A stretch of DNA of 33,688 nt, from positions 1 to 33,688 of IMG/VR virus record IMGVR_UViG_3300032884_000230. One strand, 5' to 3'. Each line of letters starts with the position of its first letter. Position 1 is the stretch's first letter. The translations under genes were made by a program, and so were the position numbers. A model generated the notes under the pieces. It searched no databases and was not told the origin of the DNA. It was given only the letters and a program-made list of their open reading frames with translations. Below, one piece after another: positions 9,393 through 19,000 of the stretch. This stretch comes from a virus. Lineage: Duplodnaviria; Caudoviricetes.

Positions 9393-9760
9393 TCTTTTCT
9401 TTTTTGTAGCATTGTTTCATTTTTAAAAGACAATTTTTCAAAATTAGGTATGATTGGTCCTAATGGATCTTCTGGATCATTTATAAATAATGGTTGTCCC
9501 GATATTGGTACGTCTTTATAACCTCTTTTAATTAAACTCTTTTTTAATTGTGAAGAATTTTCTGCACTTTCAATCCATACTTCCCATAAAAATCTATTTT
9601 GATGAACAGACATTCCTATTTTAGTTTCTAATATTTCTGGCAAATTTAAGTCTTTAATATTTGGTATTCTTGTAGCTAATAATTTTTCTCCTTTAAAAAT
9701 GGAAAGTATTTTAACTTGTGATTTGTCGCGTCTTGCTAGATATAAATAAATTTTGGTCAT
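9386..9760 (-). CDS. Hypothetical protein
   Basis: 124-aa ORF with SD GAGGA. Confidence 0.75.
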   Translation of the reverse strand: MTKIYLYLARRDKSQVKILSIFKGEKLLATRIPNIKDLNLPEILETKIGMSVHQNRFLWEVWIESAENSSQLKKSLIKRGYKDVPISGQPLFINDPEDPLGPIIPNFEKLSFKNETMLQKRKDY

Positions 9761-9884
9761 TTAATAATTCCTCAAATAAACTTTCTAATACTAATTTAGT
9801 ATAAATGTCTTTATCAAATTGCTCAAAAAAGGCGGCAATAGTTTCATCTGCTAATTGACATTCATCTTCATTGGAATAATTCAT
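9711..9884 (-). CDS. Possible 57-aa acidic small protein (not in ORF track)
   Basis: MNYSNEDECQLADETIAAFFEQFDKDIYTKLVLESLFEELL..; SD AAGAGGT upstream; fills an otherwise empty gap but overlaps both neighbours. Confidence 0.45.
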   Translation of the reverse strand: MNYSNEDECQLADETIAAFFEQFDKDIYTKLVLESLFEELLNDQNLFISSKTRQITS

Positions 9885-10488
9885 GTCGTTACCTCTTAAT
9901 CAATATGTTAAAGTAAAAGATAGATATTGCATTTCTTATTTAGGTCCATCAAAAGAATATATTCAACTTCTTTCCTATTTAAGACCAGCAATCGAAGCTG
10001 AATTGCCTGGAATACAAATCTATTTGTGTTGTAGGAAAGAATTTTTACCAAATACTGAAAGAGTATTTGATTTGTCAGAATTAAATAAAAAAAAGAATGA
10101 AATGGCGTATATTAGAGAATTAACGTGTGATTTAGTAAATCATCCAATAGAAATGCTTATTAATGAATCATTATTAAAATTAAATTACTGGCACCCTCCA
10201 ATTTTAAAAATTTCAAAAGGGAATCGTTATGTTTTTTGTCCTAATGGAACTCTTCCAACAAAATCATTGACATCAAAACAAGTAGATTTAATTAAAAAGA
10301 AATTAGGTCCTTTTGAAATTAGTAATAATATTGAGGATGCCGATTGGGTTGTTGGAGTAGAAAATGAATGTTTATTTAAGGCGGCTATGCTAGGAATTAG
10401 AACTACTTTAGTTCCTACTGGTTTGGGAACTAATCTTTATAAAAAAATATTTCCAAATGGAGAAATATTAAATTTATGGAATTTGTAA
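9883..10488 (+). CDS. Shortened, divergent GT9 (heptosyltransferase)-like protein
   Basis: ADWVVGVENECLFKAAMLGIRT matches the GT9 ADxVIxxDSGxxHxAAAxGxPT region with substitutions; FCPNG echoes FCPYS of 11233-12219. Confidence 0.5.
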   Translation: MSLPLNQYVKVKDRYCISYLGPSKEYIQLLSYLRPAIEAELPGIQIYLCCRKEFLPNTERVFDLSELNKKKNEMAYIRELTCDLVNHPIEMLINESLLKLNYWHPPILKISKGNRYVFCPNGTLPTKSLTSKQVDLIKKKLGPFEISNNIEDADWVVGVENECLFKAAMLGIRTTLVPTGLGTNLYKKIFPNGEILNLWNL

Positions 10489-10559
10489 AAAATATATAGT
10501 TTGTTGTATATATAATATTGAAAGCCATACATTTACTCTAATATAGGATTTATAAAACT

Positions 10560-11171
10560 ATGTCAAGATTTAAAGTAGCGTTAAATAATGCTAGTCAAGG
10601 AACATTGGATGTTAGTCCATCTTTGGGTGGCGGAGTGCAGATGCAACCAAGTTTGCAACGTACTGTTTATGTTATGGGTCCAAGAAAAATTAATCGTGAA
10701 TTAAAAGATGGAATGGAATTCACTGATTGCAATTATTGGAAGAGATTTTGTTCATATACAAACACTGTAGGTGGATTAGCTGATGAACAAACTGCAATTC
10801 TAACTTGCATTTATGATGATGGAACTGTTTATTCTGATGATCCAAGCGAGAATGTTTATCCAAAAGCTCGCACTTTTGAAGTTGCTAATGCAGATGTATT
10901 TGCGGATGAACATAATGTTTACGATATTGTTGGTACTTATGGACAGCCAGCAATATTTGTTGAATTGGTAAATCAAGATGCTCAAAATGTTCAGGTTAAG
11001 TTGAATGGCGATACTGGTGCCATTTTTACACTCGGAGCTAGTGACACATGGGTATTTAATCATGGCGATCTTCAAGTTACCAAAGTAGAATTAGCTGGTA
11101 CTGCTGCCAGTGGTGGAATTGCTTGTACAGTTGATATTGTTATTGGTGTACAATCTGCTATTAACAGCTAA
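10560..11171 (+). CDS. Putative virion structural protein
   Basis: Beta-rich, G/A/T/V-rich acidic protein followed by its own terminator; no recognisable enzyme motif. Confidence 0.5.
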   Translation: MSRFKVALNNASQGTLDVSPSLGGGVQMQPSLQRTVYVMGPRKINRELKDGMEFTDCNYWKRFCSYTNTVGGLADEQTAILTCIYDDGTVYSDDPSENVYPKARTFEVANADVFADEHNVYDIVGTYGQPAIFVELVNQDAQNVQVKLNGDTGAIFTLGASDTWVFNHGDLQVTKVELAGTAASGGIACTVDIVIGVQSAINS

Positions 11172-11186
11172 TGATTGAAAGTTTTA

Positions 11187-11220
11187 AAAAGGCTATTTAA
11201 AGAAATTTAAGTAGCCTTTT
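11187..11220. terminator. Intrinsic terminator (potentially bidirectional)
   Basis: AAAAGGCTATTTAAA-gaaa-TTTAAGTAGCCTTTT hairpin immediately after the 11171 stop. Confidence 0.8.
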
Positions 11221-11232
11221 CTATTATATTGC

Positions 11233-12219
11233 ATGGTACAAATTAAAAAAACCCCTATTGTTTTTATTAAACCTAAAACATTTTCATTGAAAGAATTTTG
11301 GGAAAAAAGAAATCAAATTATAATCAAAAGAGAGGTTTTAGCGCTTGGTGATTTTTTAATTCACAGAATGGTTTTTGAAGATTGTAAAAAAACACACCCT
11401 GAAATAAATATAAATTTTGCGTGCCCTATTAAATATTTTGATGCTTTAAAGGATCATCCTTTTATAGATAATTTATTAGATAGTTCAATGGTTAATATAG
11501 AAGATTATATTGCAACATACAATACTAGTACCGCTTGTACAAGATATGAATCAAATCATGGAAAAGAATCAACAATGCATAGAAGTGATATATGGGCGTC
11601 TCAATGTGGGGTGGTGCTTAAATCACATAACATGCATTTCAATATTTCTGATGAATCTAAGACATGGGCATTAAAAGAAATTTTTAAAATAAAACAAGAA
11701 AACAAACCAATAGTATTGTTTTGTCCTTATTCTGCCAATCAAACAAAAAATATTACAGATGAACAAATTGAAATTATTGTTAATTATTTAAAAGAAAAAA
11801 ATTGTAATATATTTTCTATTCATTCTAATTCTACATCTATTTTAGAAAAATTGAATATTCCAATTTTTATTAATTTAAAATTTAATAATTTAATAGCTTT
11901 GGTAAATTGTGCAGATTATGTAATTTCTGTAGATACATCATTTTTTCATTGTGCAGGAGGACTTAATCGTCCATTAATGGGTATTTTTGGATATACCAAT
12001 GGAAAGGTCTATGGGAAATATTATAAATTTGAATTAGTACAAAAACATAAAGATAATGGAAATTGGGATTGTGGACCTTGTTATTTGAGTTGGAAGTGCT
12101 CTAAAATTAAAAAAAAAGGACCATTTCCTTGTATAGCAGAACTAACTCCCCAAATGTTTTATGATGGGATAGATAAAATGTTTAATAAACATCCTTGGAA
12201 AATAGAAAAATTGCTATAA
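11233..12219 (+). CDS. Glycosyltransferase family 9 (heptosyltransferase-like)
   Basis: ALGDFL N-terminal motif, HPFID, ADYVISVDTSFFHCAGGLNRPLMGIFG, C-terminal CGPC..C..C. Confidence 0.88.
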   Translation: MVQIKKTPIVFIKPKTFSLKEFWEKRNQIIIKREVLALGDFLIHRMVFEDCKKTHPEININFACPIKYFDALKDHPFIDNLLDSSMVNIEDYIATYNTSTACTRYESNHGKESTMHRSDIWASQCGVVLKSHNMHFNISDESKTWALKEIFKIKQENKPIVLFCPYSANQTKNITDEQIEIIVNYLKEKNCNIFSIHSNSTSILEKLNIPIFINLKFNNLIALVNCADYVISVDTSFFHCAGGLNRPLMGIFGYTNGKVYGKYYKFELVQKHKDNGNWDCGPCYLSWKCSKIKKKGPFPCIAELTPQMFYDGIDKMFNKHPWKIEKLL

Positions 12220-12244
12220 ATACTATACTATGTAAGGTAATAAA

Positions 12245-12469
12245 ATGGTTGTAATAACAAAAAAACCAACAATTCAAACAATAGTCAAAACAGTTGGTGG
12301 AGAATGCAGTGTTAAAATTGAATTAGACATAAATATTAATTTAAATCAAAATGAATTATCTATTTCTGCAAATCATGTAGAAAAAAAAGAAGAAAACGAA
12401 GCTACACTTTGGACAATTCCTGATTTTGATAGTGCTGAAATACTTCAATTTGGAAAAGAGGAGAAATAA
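12245..12469 (+). CDS. Hypothetical protein
   Basis: 74-aa ORF, SD AAGGT; TATAAATA (T4 late promoter consensus) at 12215-12222. Confidence 0.7.
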   Translation: MVVITKKPTIQTIVKTVGGECSVKIELDININLNQNELSISANHVEKKEENEATLWTIPDFDSAEILQFGKEEK

Positions 12470-13191
12470 TGAGTATTGGAATTTATGGTATTAAAAATAC
12501 AATAAATAACAAGATTTATATTGGACAATCTATACACATTTATAGACGTTTTACAGAACATCGCCGTGAATTAAATAAAGGCATACACAAAAATGTACAT
12601 CTTCAAAGAGCATGGAATAAATATAGACAAAATAATTTTGAGTTCTTTATACTCTTAGAATGTGATATTTCTCAATTAAACATAATGGAAGAACAACAAG
12701 CCAATCAAGTACCTAATGGATTGTTATATAATATAAATAATAATTTTACTTCATGTATAGGAATGAAAAATCCTTTTTTTGGAAAGAAACATAGTAAAAA
12801 ATCCAAAAATAAAATGAGTGAATGGAAAAAAGAACATTATAATGGTAAAAATAATCCAAATTATGGGAAAAAACAACCACTTTCTGTGCGATTGGCAATG
12901 ACAAACAATAATTCATGCACTAAATTAAAAGCTGAAGATGTGTTAATTATTGTTAATTTACTGAAATCTTATGTGTTACATGAAATTATTGCTCAAAGGT
13001 TTAAAGTATCAAGAACGGTTATTACAAGAATTTCTAACGGTACTCGTTGGCAAAATATCACTGGTGGTCCTGTTTTTCCAATAATATATAAATATGGAGT
13101 TAGACAATTTTCTGAAGATCATCGTAATAAAATTGGCAATTCGCATAGAGGTAAAAAATATAAAACTAAGGAGAATTTATGTCTGGAATAG
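12469..13191 (+). CDS. GIY-YIG homing endonuclease with NUMOD3-like repeats and HTH
   Basis: GIYGIKN..KIYIGQS..RR..EH; catalytic E and LYN; NPFFGKKHSKKSKNKMS; IAQRFKVSRTVITRI HTH. Confidence 0.93.
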   Translation: MSIGIYGIKNTINNKIYIGQSIHIYRRFTEHRRELNKGIHKNVHLQRAWNKYRQNNFEFFILLECDISQLNIMEEQQANQVPNGLLYNINNNFTSCIGMKNPFFGKKHSKKSKNKMSEWKKEHYNGKNNPNYGKKQPLSVRLAMTNNNSCTKLKAEDVLIIVNLLKSYVLHEIIAQRFKVSRTVITRISNGTRWQNITGGPVFPIIYKYGVRQFSEDHRNKIGNSHRGKKYKTKENLCLE

Positions 13192-14219
13192 GTGCGGATA
13201 TTGGGACGTACAATTTGGTTCTTTGTAAAAGGGATGAAGAAGGAAAATTTATCTATAAAAAAGAAATAAATGCTTTTTTAGAAATACCAATTGATGATGA
13301 TAATCGATTTGTATTTAATATGATGAAAAATGCTGAACTTTCTGCTGGGAGAAAAGTTCCAATAATTGAAAATAAAGAGGAAAAAATAGCTTATGTTATG
13401 GGCGAAGCAGCTATTAATATGGCTTATGCTATTAATAAATTAGAAGTTAAACGACCAATGAAAGATGGATGTTTAAATCCTAAAGAAAAAAGCGCTCAAC
13501 AAATAATGAACAAAATGGTTCATGGAATGATTGGAACATGTTCTCCAAATGAAACACTTTATTTTAGCAAACCAGCAAATGCCATTAATGAAGAAACAGA
13601 TGCAGATTATCATGCTAAAGTTTTAGAAGCTATTTTTAAAGCATTCAAAGATAAAGACGGAAATAAAGTGAAGCCTCATCCAATTAATGAAGGATTAGCT
13701 TTAGTTTATGCTGAATTAACTGAAAAACAATGGACGGGTTGTGGCGTATCCCTCGGAGGCGGGATGGTAAATGTTTGTTTTGCCATTTATGGAAATCCTA
13801 TTTTTGAATTTTCTTTAGTAAATGCTGGTGATTATATAGATAAAATGGCAGCAAAAGCTACTGGAGAATCTTCAACATATGTTAATAAAGAAAAATTAAA
13901 ATTAGATTTAACTATAGATTCTACTGTATTAGTTCAAAGAGCACTTAAAGCTCAATATGAATTAATGGTTCAAAAAACAGTTCTAGGAATAAAAAAAGGA
14001 TTAGAACAATCTGAAAGTAAAATAAGGGCAGACAACCCCATTGATATTGTAATTGCTGGTGGTACAAGTTGTCCCAATGGATTTGATATATTATTTAGAA
14101 ATATAGTTGCACAATCTGGATTGCCACTTCCTATTGGTAGTATTATTAGACCATCAGATCCACTTTTCTCAGTAAGTCGTGGATGCTTAATTGCTGCCGA
14201 AGCTGCAAATAAATCTTAA
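13179..14219 (+). CDS. Actin-like ATPase (MreB/ParM/FtsA superfamily)
   Basis: Phosphate-1 IGADIGTYN, connect-1 INEGLA, phosphate-2 VSLGGGMVN, adenosine IAGGTS, connect-2 VSRGCLIAA; SD AAGGAG. Confidence 0.9.
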   Translation: MSGIGADIGTYNLVLCKRDEEGKFIYKKEINAFLEIPIDDDNRFVFNMMKNAELSAGRKVPIIENKEEKIAYVMGEAAINMAYAINKLEVKRPMKDGCLNPKEKSAQQIMNKMVHGMIGTCSPNETLYFSKPANAINEETDADYHAKVLEAIFKAFKDKDGNKVKPHPINEGLALVYAELTEKQWTGCGVSLGGGMVNVCFAIYGNPIFEFSLVNAGDYIDKMAAKATGESSTYVNKEKLKLDLTIDSTVLVQRALKAQYELMVQKTVLGIKKGLEQSESKIRADNPIDIVIAGGTSCPNGFDILFRNIVAQSGLPLPIGSIIRPSDPLFSVSRGCLIAAEAANKS

Positions 14220-14232
14220 AAAGGATGAATGT

Positions 14233-14490
14233 ATGAAAAATGAAAACGAATTGCATATAGCATTAGAATTAACTGTTCGTGAGCCAGTAGATGACTTAGG
14301 AGCTGCTGCCTATTTGCTTATGATGGGATGGAAAGTTATTGGAAAGAAAGATAAGTCATTTGTATTTGAAATTGAACAATCTTCAAAAAAAGAATTTGCT
14401 GATTGTCATTTAGAATATCTTAATAGTGATTTTCATAGATTTGATTCTTGCTTAATGTCTTTGAAAAAAATGCATCAACAAGTTTCTTAA
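14233..14490 (+). CDS. Small DUF5659-like protein (start revised to 14233)
   Basis: DLGAAAYLLMMG..FVFE pattern; SD AAGGA before ATG 14233. Confidence 0.55.
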   Translation: MKNENELHIALELTVREPVDDLGAAAYLLMMGWKVIGKKDKSFVFEIEQSSKKEFADCHLEYLNSDFHRFDSCLMSLKKMHQQVS

Positions 14491-14530
14491 TTTGATCATA
14501 TATATATATTTATAGTAAAGGTGAGAAAAT

Positions 14531-16096
14531 ATGAGAAATTTAAGAGAAAATGCAGAAGATATTGAAAAAGAATTAGAAAAACTTCGCATAGATTATGAAA
14601 AAGAAGTTGATTCTATTTTAGATGATCTTTATACAAAAATAAATAAAATAGACACATCAATAGAACCAGAGATTTTTGATTCGGATTCTGATTCGAATTC
14701 TGATTCTCGCAAGATGCATTCTATACCTGGTTCTCATTCTGTCTCTAGCAAGATGCCTTCTATGCCTAGTTCTCATTATGATAATCCAACTCTAACTCCA
14801 ACTCCAACTCCAACTCCAACTCCAACTTCAACTCCCACTTCAACTTCTGATACTAAAAACAACAATCCTAAATGGAAATCTACTTGGCATGGACCAGTTT
14901 TAAATCCAGAGCCAGACATGACTCCAGATGAATATTATAAAAAATATGGAAAAAACGAACCTAGTTGGAGAAAAACTATTAGACATCAAGGATTAACTGG
15001 TTTAGCAAAAAGAATTTGGCGTGGTACAAATCCAATGCAGGATATTGCTTGGAGATATGCTGATAATGAGTCAATTCGTGGTTTGCCAACTATTAAAGAA
15101 TATATTGAATTTAAAAAAATTGTTGATTTTTATGTAGATCCATATTTTCCAATAAACGAAGGCGAAAATGAAATGCAAGATGCTTTTGATGATGCAAAAA
15201 TTCATATTAAAAAAGCATTAATTAATTTTATTCGTAGGATTCATAGTGTAGGACAGGGATTAAAAATGGACATGTTAAAGGATGTCCCTACTGCTAATGC
15301 TGATCATATTGACGCTGATATTGTTGACGAACCTAACGATGAACCTTCTGTTGACGCTGATGTTGTTAATGAACCTGTTAATGAGCCTGTTGGTGAGCCT
15401 GTTGGTGAGCCTGTTAATGATCCTGTTGAACCTGCTTCTGTTGAACCTACTAATGATTTAGATGTAGATAAAATTATAGCTGGAGTAAAGAAAAAGACTG
15501 GTAAAAAAATAAATAAGAACGAAATTATTGAAAAGATTAAAACAGAAATAGTAAATGAATTGTTGCCTAATATACATGAAAAATTAAAAGAAAAAGGATT
15601 AGATATTACTAGATGGTTTAAATGGCAAAAATGTGCAAATAAATCTTTAGATACAGACGAAAAAATTAAAAACTTTGCTATTGTTATGCAAAGGGATGCT
15701 TTTCAAAATTTAACAGATTCTTCAGATTCTTTAATAGAATTAGCTGCATTTTTACTTATTCAAAGCACAGACTATGAGAATGCAGAAAATTATTTGAAAA
15801 ATATTACAAATAACTTATTTACAGGCGATGGTAAAATTCTTAACAAAATTCTTTCAAAAACCGCATTGTCAGATGCTAGTGTTCGTGAAAAAATTCAAGA
15901 AAAATATCAAGAATTAAAGAAAACCATTCCTCATGCAATTGATTTACAAATATCAAAATCTTATAAAGAACCAGAAAAATCTAATGAACCATCAAAATCT
16001 GAAGAAGAAAAAGAAGAAGCTAGGCTGCAAAAAGCCTATGCAGCTATTGACGCTGGAATTGATAATTATGAACTAAATAGTTTAGATGATTATTAA
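14531..16096 (+). CDS. Large low-complexity hypothetical protein, possible internal head protein
   Basis: PT and EPV repeats, acidic linkers, L/I-x-E sites; SD AAGGTGA. Confidence 0.65.
   Translation: MRNLRENAEDIEKELEKLRIDYEKEVDSILDDLYTKINKIDTSIEPEIFDSDSDSNSDSRKMHSIPGSHSVSSKMPSMPSSHYDNPTLTPTPTPTPTPTSTPTSTSDTKNNNPKWKSTWHGPVLNPEPDMTPDEYYKKYGKNEPSWRKTIRHQGLTGLAKRIWRGTNPMQDIAWRYADNESIRGLPTIKEYIEFKKIVDFYVDPYFPINEGENEMQDAFDDAKIHIKKALINFIRRIHSVGQGLKMDMLKDVPTANADHIDADIVDEPNDEPSVDADVVNEPVNEPVGEPVGEPVNDPVEPASVEPTNDLDVDKIIAGVKKKTGKKINKNEIIEKIKTEIVNELLPNIHEKLKEKGLDITRWFKWQKCANKSLDTDEKIKNFAIVMQRDAFQNLTDSSDSLIELAAFLLIQSTDYENAENYLKNITNNLFTGDGKILNKILSKTALSDASVREKIQEKYQELKKTIPHAIDLQISKSYKEPEKSNEPSKSEEEKEEARLQKAYAAIDAGIDNYELNSLDDY
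14786..14848 (+). repeat. Hexamer (ACTCCA)n repeat encoding a PT/ST linker
   Basis: ccaactctaactccaactccaactcca.. Confidence 0.9.
15325..15450 (+). repeat. 12-nt repeats encoding EPVN/EPVG
   Basis: gagcctgttggt / gaacctgttaat units. Confidence 0.85.
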
Positions 16097-19000
16097 GTTC
16101 CAGTTTTTTTATTAGGATTTGTTTTTTTATTAGGATTTCTTATATTCCACATTGCTTGTGTTCGTGCTTGTATATCTGGTTTATTAATAGAATTTGTTAA
16201 TATAGTTAAAATTTCTGTCGGAATTTGGTAATTAACACCTATTTCTTTATTTGTATAATGACCAGTTTTTAGTACTTCTTGTATTGTTTCTGGTGTTAAA
16301 ATCCAAGTTTGTGGGTTTAATAAATAAGCATGAGCAAGTAACTCCTCATATTTGTCATCATATTTTTTTATTATAGCCATTGCATTTTTTCTTAGCTCAG
16401 GGTCAGCTAAATTGCCATGAATTTCTTTAGCTAGAATGTCAAGAGACTTAATAACTGGAATTGGATCTCCTGGGTTTAGTTGTGCTTTTTGTAATTCCTG
16501 TTTATATTTTTCGTCAAAGCCTTTTAATATTTGGTCATAAGACATTCCATATTTTTCTTCGCGTGCTTTTCTAGTTGGCAATAATCTTTCTTCTCTTTCT
16601 AATTCTTCTTGTTGTTCCACATCTTTTTTACATTGAATTTGTTGTTGTTTAATTTGTTTGTCCATTTCTTTTTTAATTTTGTCATAGTATCGTAAACATA
16701 TTTCTTCTAATTTATTTTCTTTTTGCGTTTGATTTAATCCTTGATTGTTTTCTATTTCTTCTATTTCTTTTTTAATATGAGGATCGTCACTATTTTTAAG
16801 TAATTTTATTCGTTTGTTATTTAAAAGAAAGTAAGTTTGTTGCACACTTCTGGCTGCATATACATCCATCCAATCAAGTGAATATTTTTTTGTAGTTATT
16901 TTATTTTGTAATTCTTTAGCGTTTTTTATTCTTGCCGCTAATGATCTCGGCCAAGGATTTTCCATGTTTTCTGGACTGTCTTGTCCTTCATCATCAGTAG
17001 CGTTATCTCTTTGTCCTATGCGTCTTTCAAGATCTTTGCTAGTTGTAATTAAATCAAAACGTCCTTGTCCGCTATCTCCTAGTTCTTTATTTCCAGATTC
17101 AGTTCTTTCTCCAGCAGCAATATTTCCTCTTGTTCCATATCCTCCAATGTTTAATTGATGTAACAAAGCTGTAAATTTCCTTCCAGCGTTCATAAGACGT
17201 TTTCTTAAATTTTTTAATGCTGTTTCTAATTCTACATAAGCTATTTTTATATTTCCTTCACCAGACATACTAGCTTTTAGAAACAATGATTCAGCTTCTT
17301 GAAATCTGTTAAATTCTGGCCATCCAAGATTAGCTTTAACATGTTTTAAAGCACATTGCATAGCCCATGAAAAACTAGCTTCAAGAGCTTCTCCTTTTAA
17401 TTTCTTGATTCCTCCTGATTCTTTTAATCCGTCAATATAGTCTTGAATTCCTTTTGCAATTGGAGATGGAGAAAATTTGTAAATTTGTTGTAATTTTAAC
17501 ACTTCTATTTGTTTGTTGTTTTTTTCAATTTCAGATATTGCTTTTTTATATTCATTGCTTTCAGGAGGAAGTTGGTCTTTTTTTATTGTTAATTTTATAT
17601 TTGTTTTTTCAATTTTTGTTAATTTCTTGGTAATTTCTTTTAGTTCAGCAGAATCTTTTTCATAATATAATGGACCAACTAGATATTGAACTTTATCTGA
17701 TGTTGCTTTTAGTGCATTATCATCTTGTCCGAAAAATTTAATAAGTTTATCATTCCACTTATCAACAAATTCTTGCGTGCCGCTACTTTCTTCTTTATCA
17801 TCGTGCATTGGTATCCAACCACAATTAGCCGCCAAATTTACATTAAAAGTATTCTTTCTAAAAGTTCTTTGACGATTGTATATGTTGGCATCATATAAGT
17901 CTCCAGTTTTTATTGTAGAAATAAGTTTATAAGTTTTTTGTTTTAAATTTTGTAAATAATTTTGTACTAAAATTTTAAATGCTTCTTCATCTCCAATTGT
18001 TATTTGATTTTGTCTAATTAGTTTTTGAAGTTCTAAAGAAACCCAAATTTCAGCTAAATCAATACCTAATTGTTTATAAACTATAATTTTATTTTTTTCA
18101 CTTAATTTTTTATTTTCTACACCATCAATTTCTTTAATTTTATTTTCAGAATCTGTAGTTGATGTTTCTCTTACTTTTTTATAAAATGTTGTTATATTTG
18201 ATAAACCATTACGAACTATTTGAATTTTTTGAAATAATGGTTCAGGCTGTACTTCTTTTCCATTGCGATCTATTGTTGGTTTATAAAATTTCTTTGTTTT
18301 TGGTTCATATTTTATCCAATCATATAGTTGAATAATGCGTTGTGGCTTCATATAAGGAATCATTGAGTCTACATGTACAAGTTTTCTCTTTATAAGAATT
18401 GGATATGTTCTTTTTCCAATACCATTTGCATTTTTTGAACCATATGCCATTGTACTAATATGATTATGTAAAATATTAGTTTTAGTGTTCGTTGATTTAC
18501 AAATAGGACATTGAGTTTTTGCTTGATTAGAAAAACTTTTTCTACAATCAACACACATCCATTCATTTTTAGTCAATCCTTGTTTGTTCAATTCTTTTTC
18601 ATCTATGCTTTCTAATGCTTTAAGTCTTGCTGAATTTCCAAATATTGGATGATTATTAAAAACTTTTTCAATAACGTTTTGTGGAAGAACTGGAAATTCA
18701 TTTGATTCTGTTTTGTTTTTTGCTCCACGAGGTTTTTGTCCTGGTGCTGGCTCACTTCTTGGAAAATTAATAAAATTTTGTTTTTGTTGTTCTGTTGCAA
18801 ATTCATTTCCACTAAATGGCTCAGAAAGTATGTTCCAACCTTCCGCATTTCTCCTTAAAAATCTACTTATAATACGACCAGCTATTGCTCTTGTCATTCC
18901 TGGTAAAGAATCAAATATCCATTGTTCTTCTCCTTTTTCTAATTTTGATTTTTTATTATTTACATTTTTAATTTTTTTTAATACTGGATTGGAAAGATCG

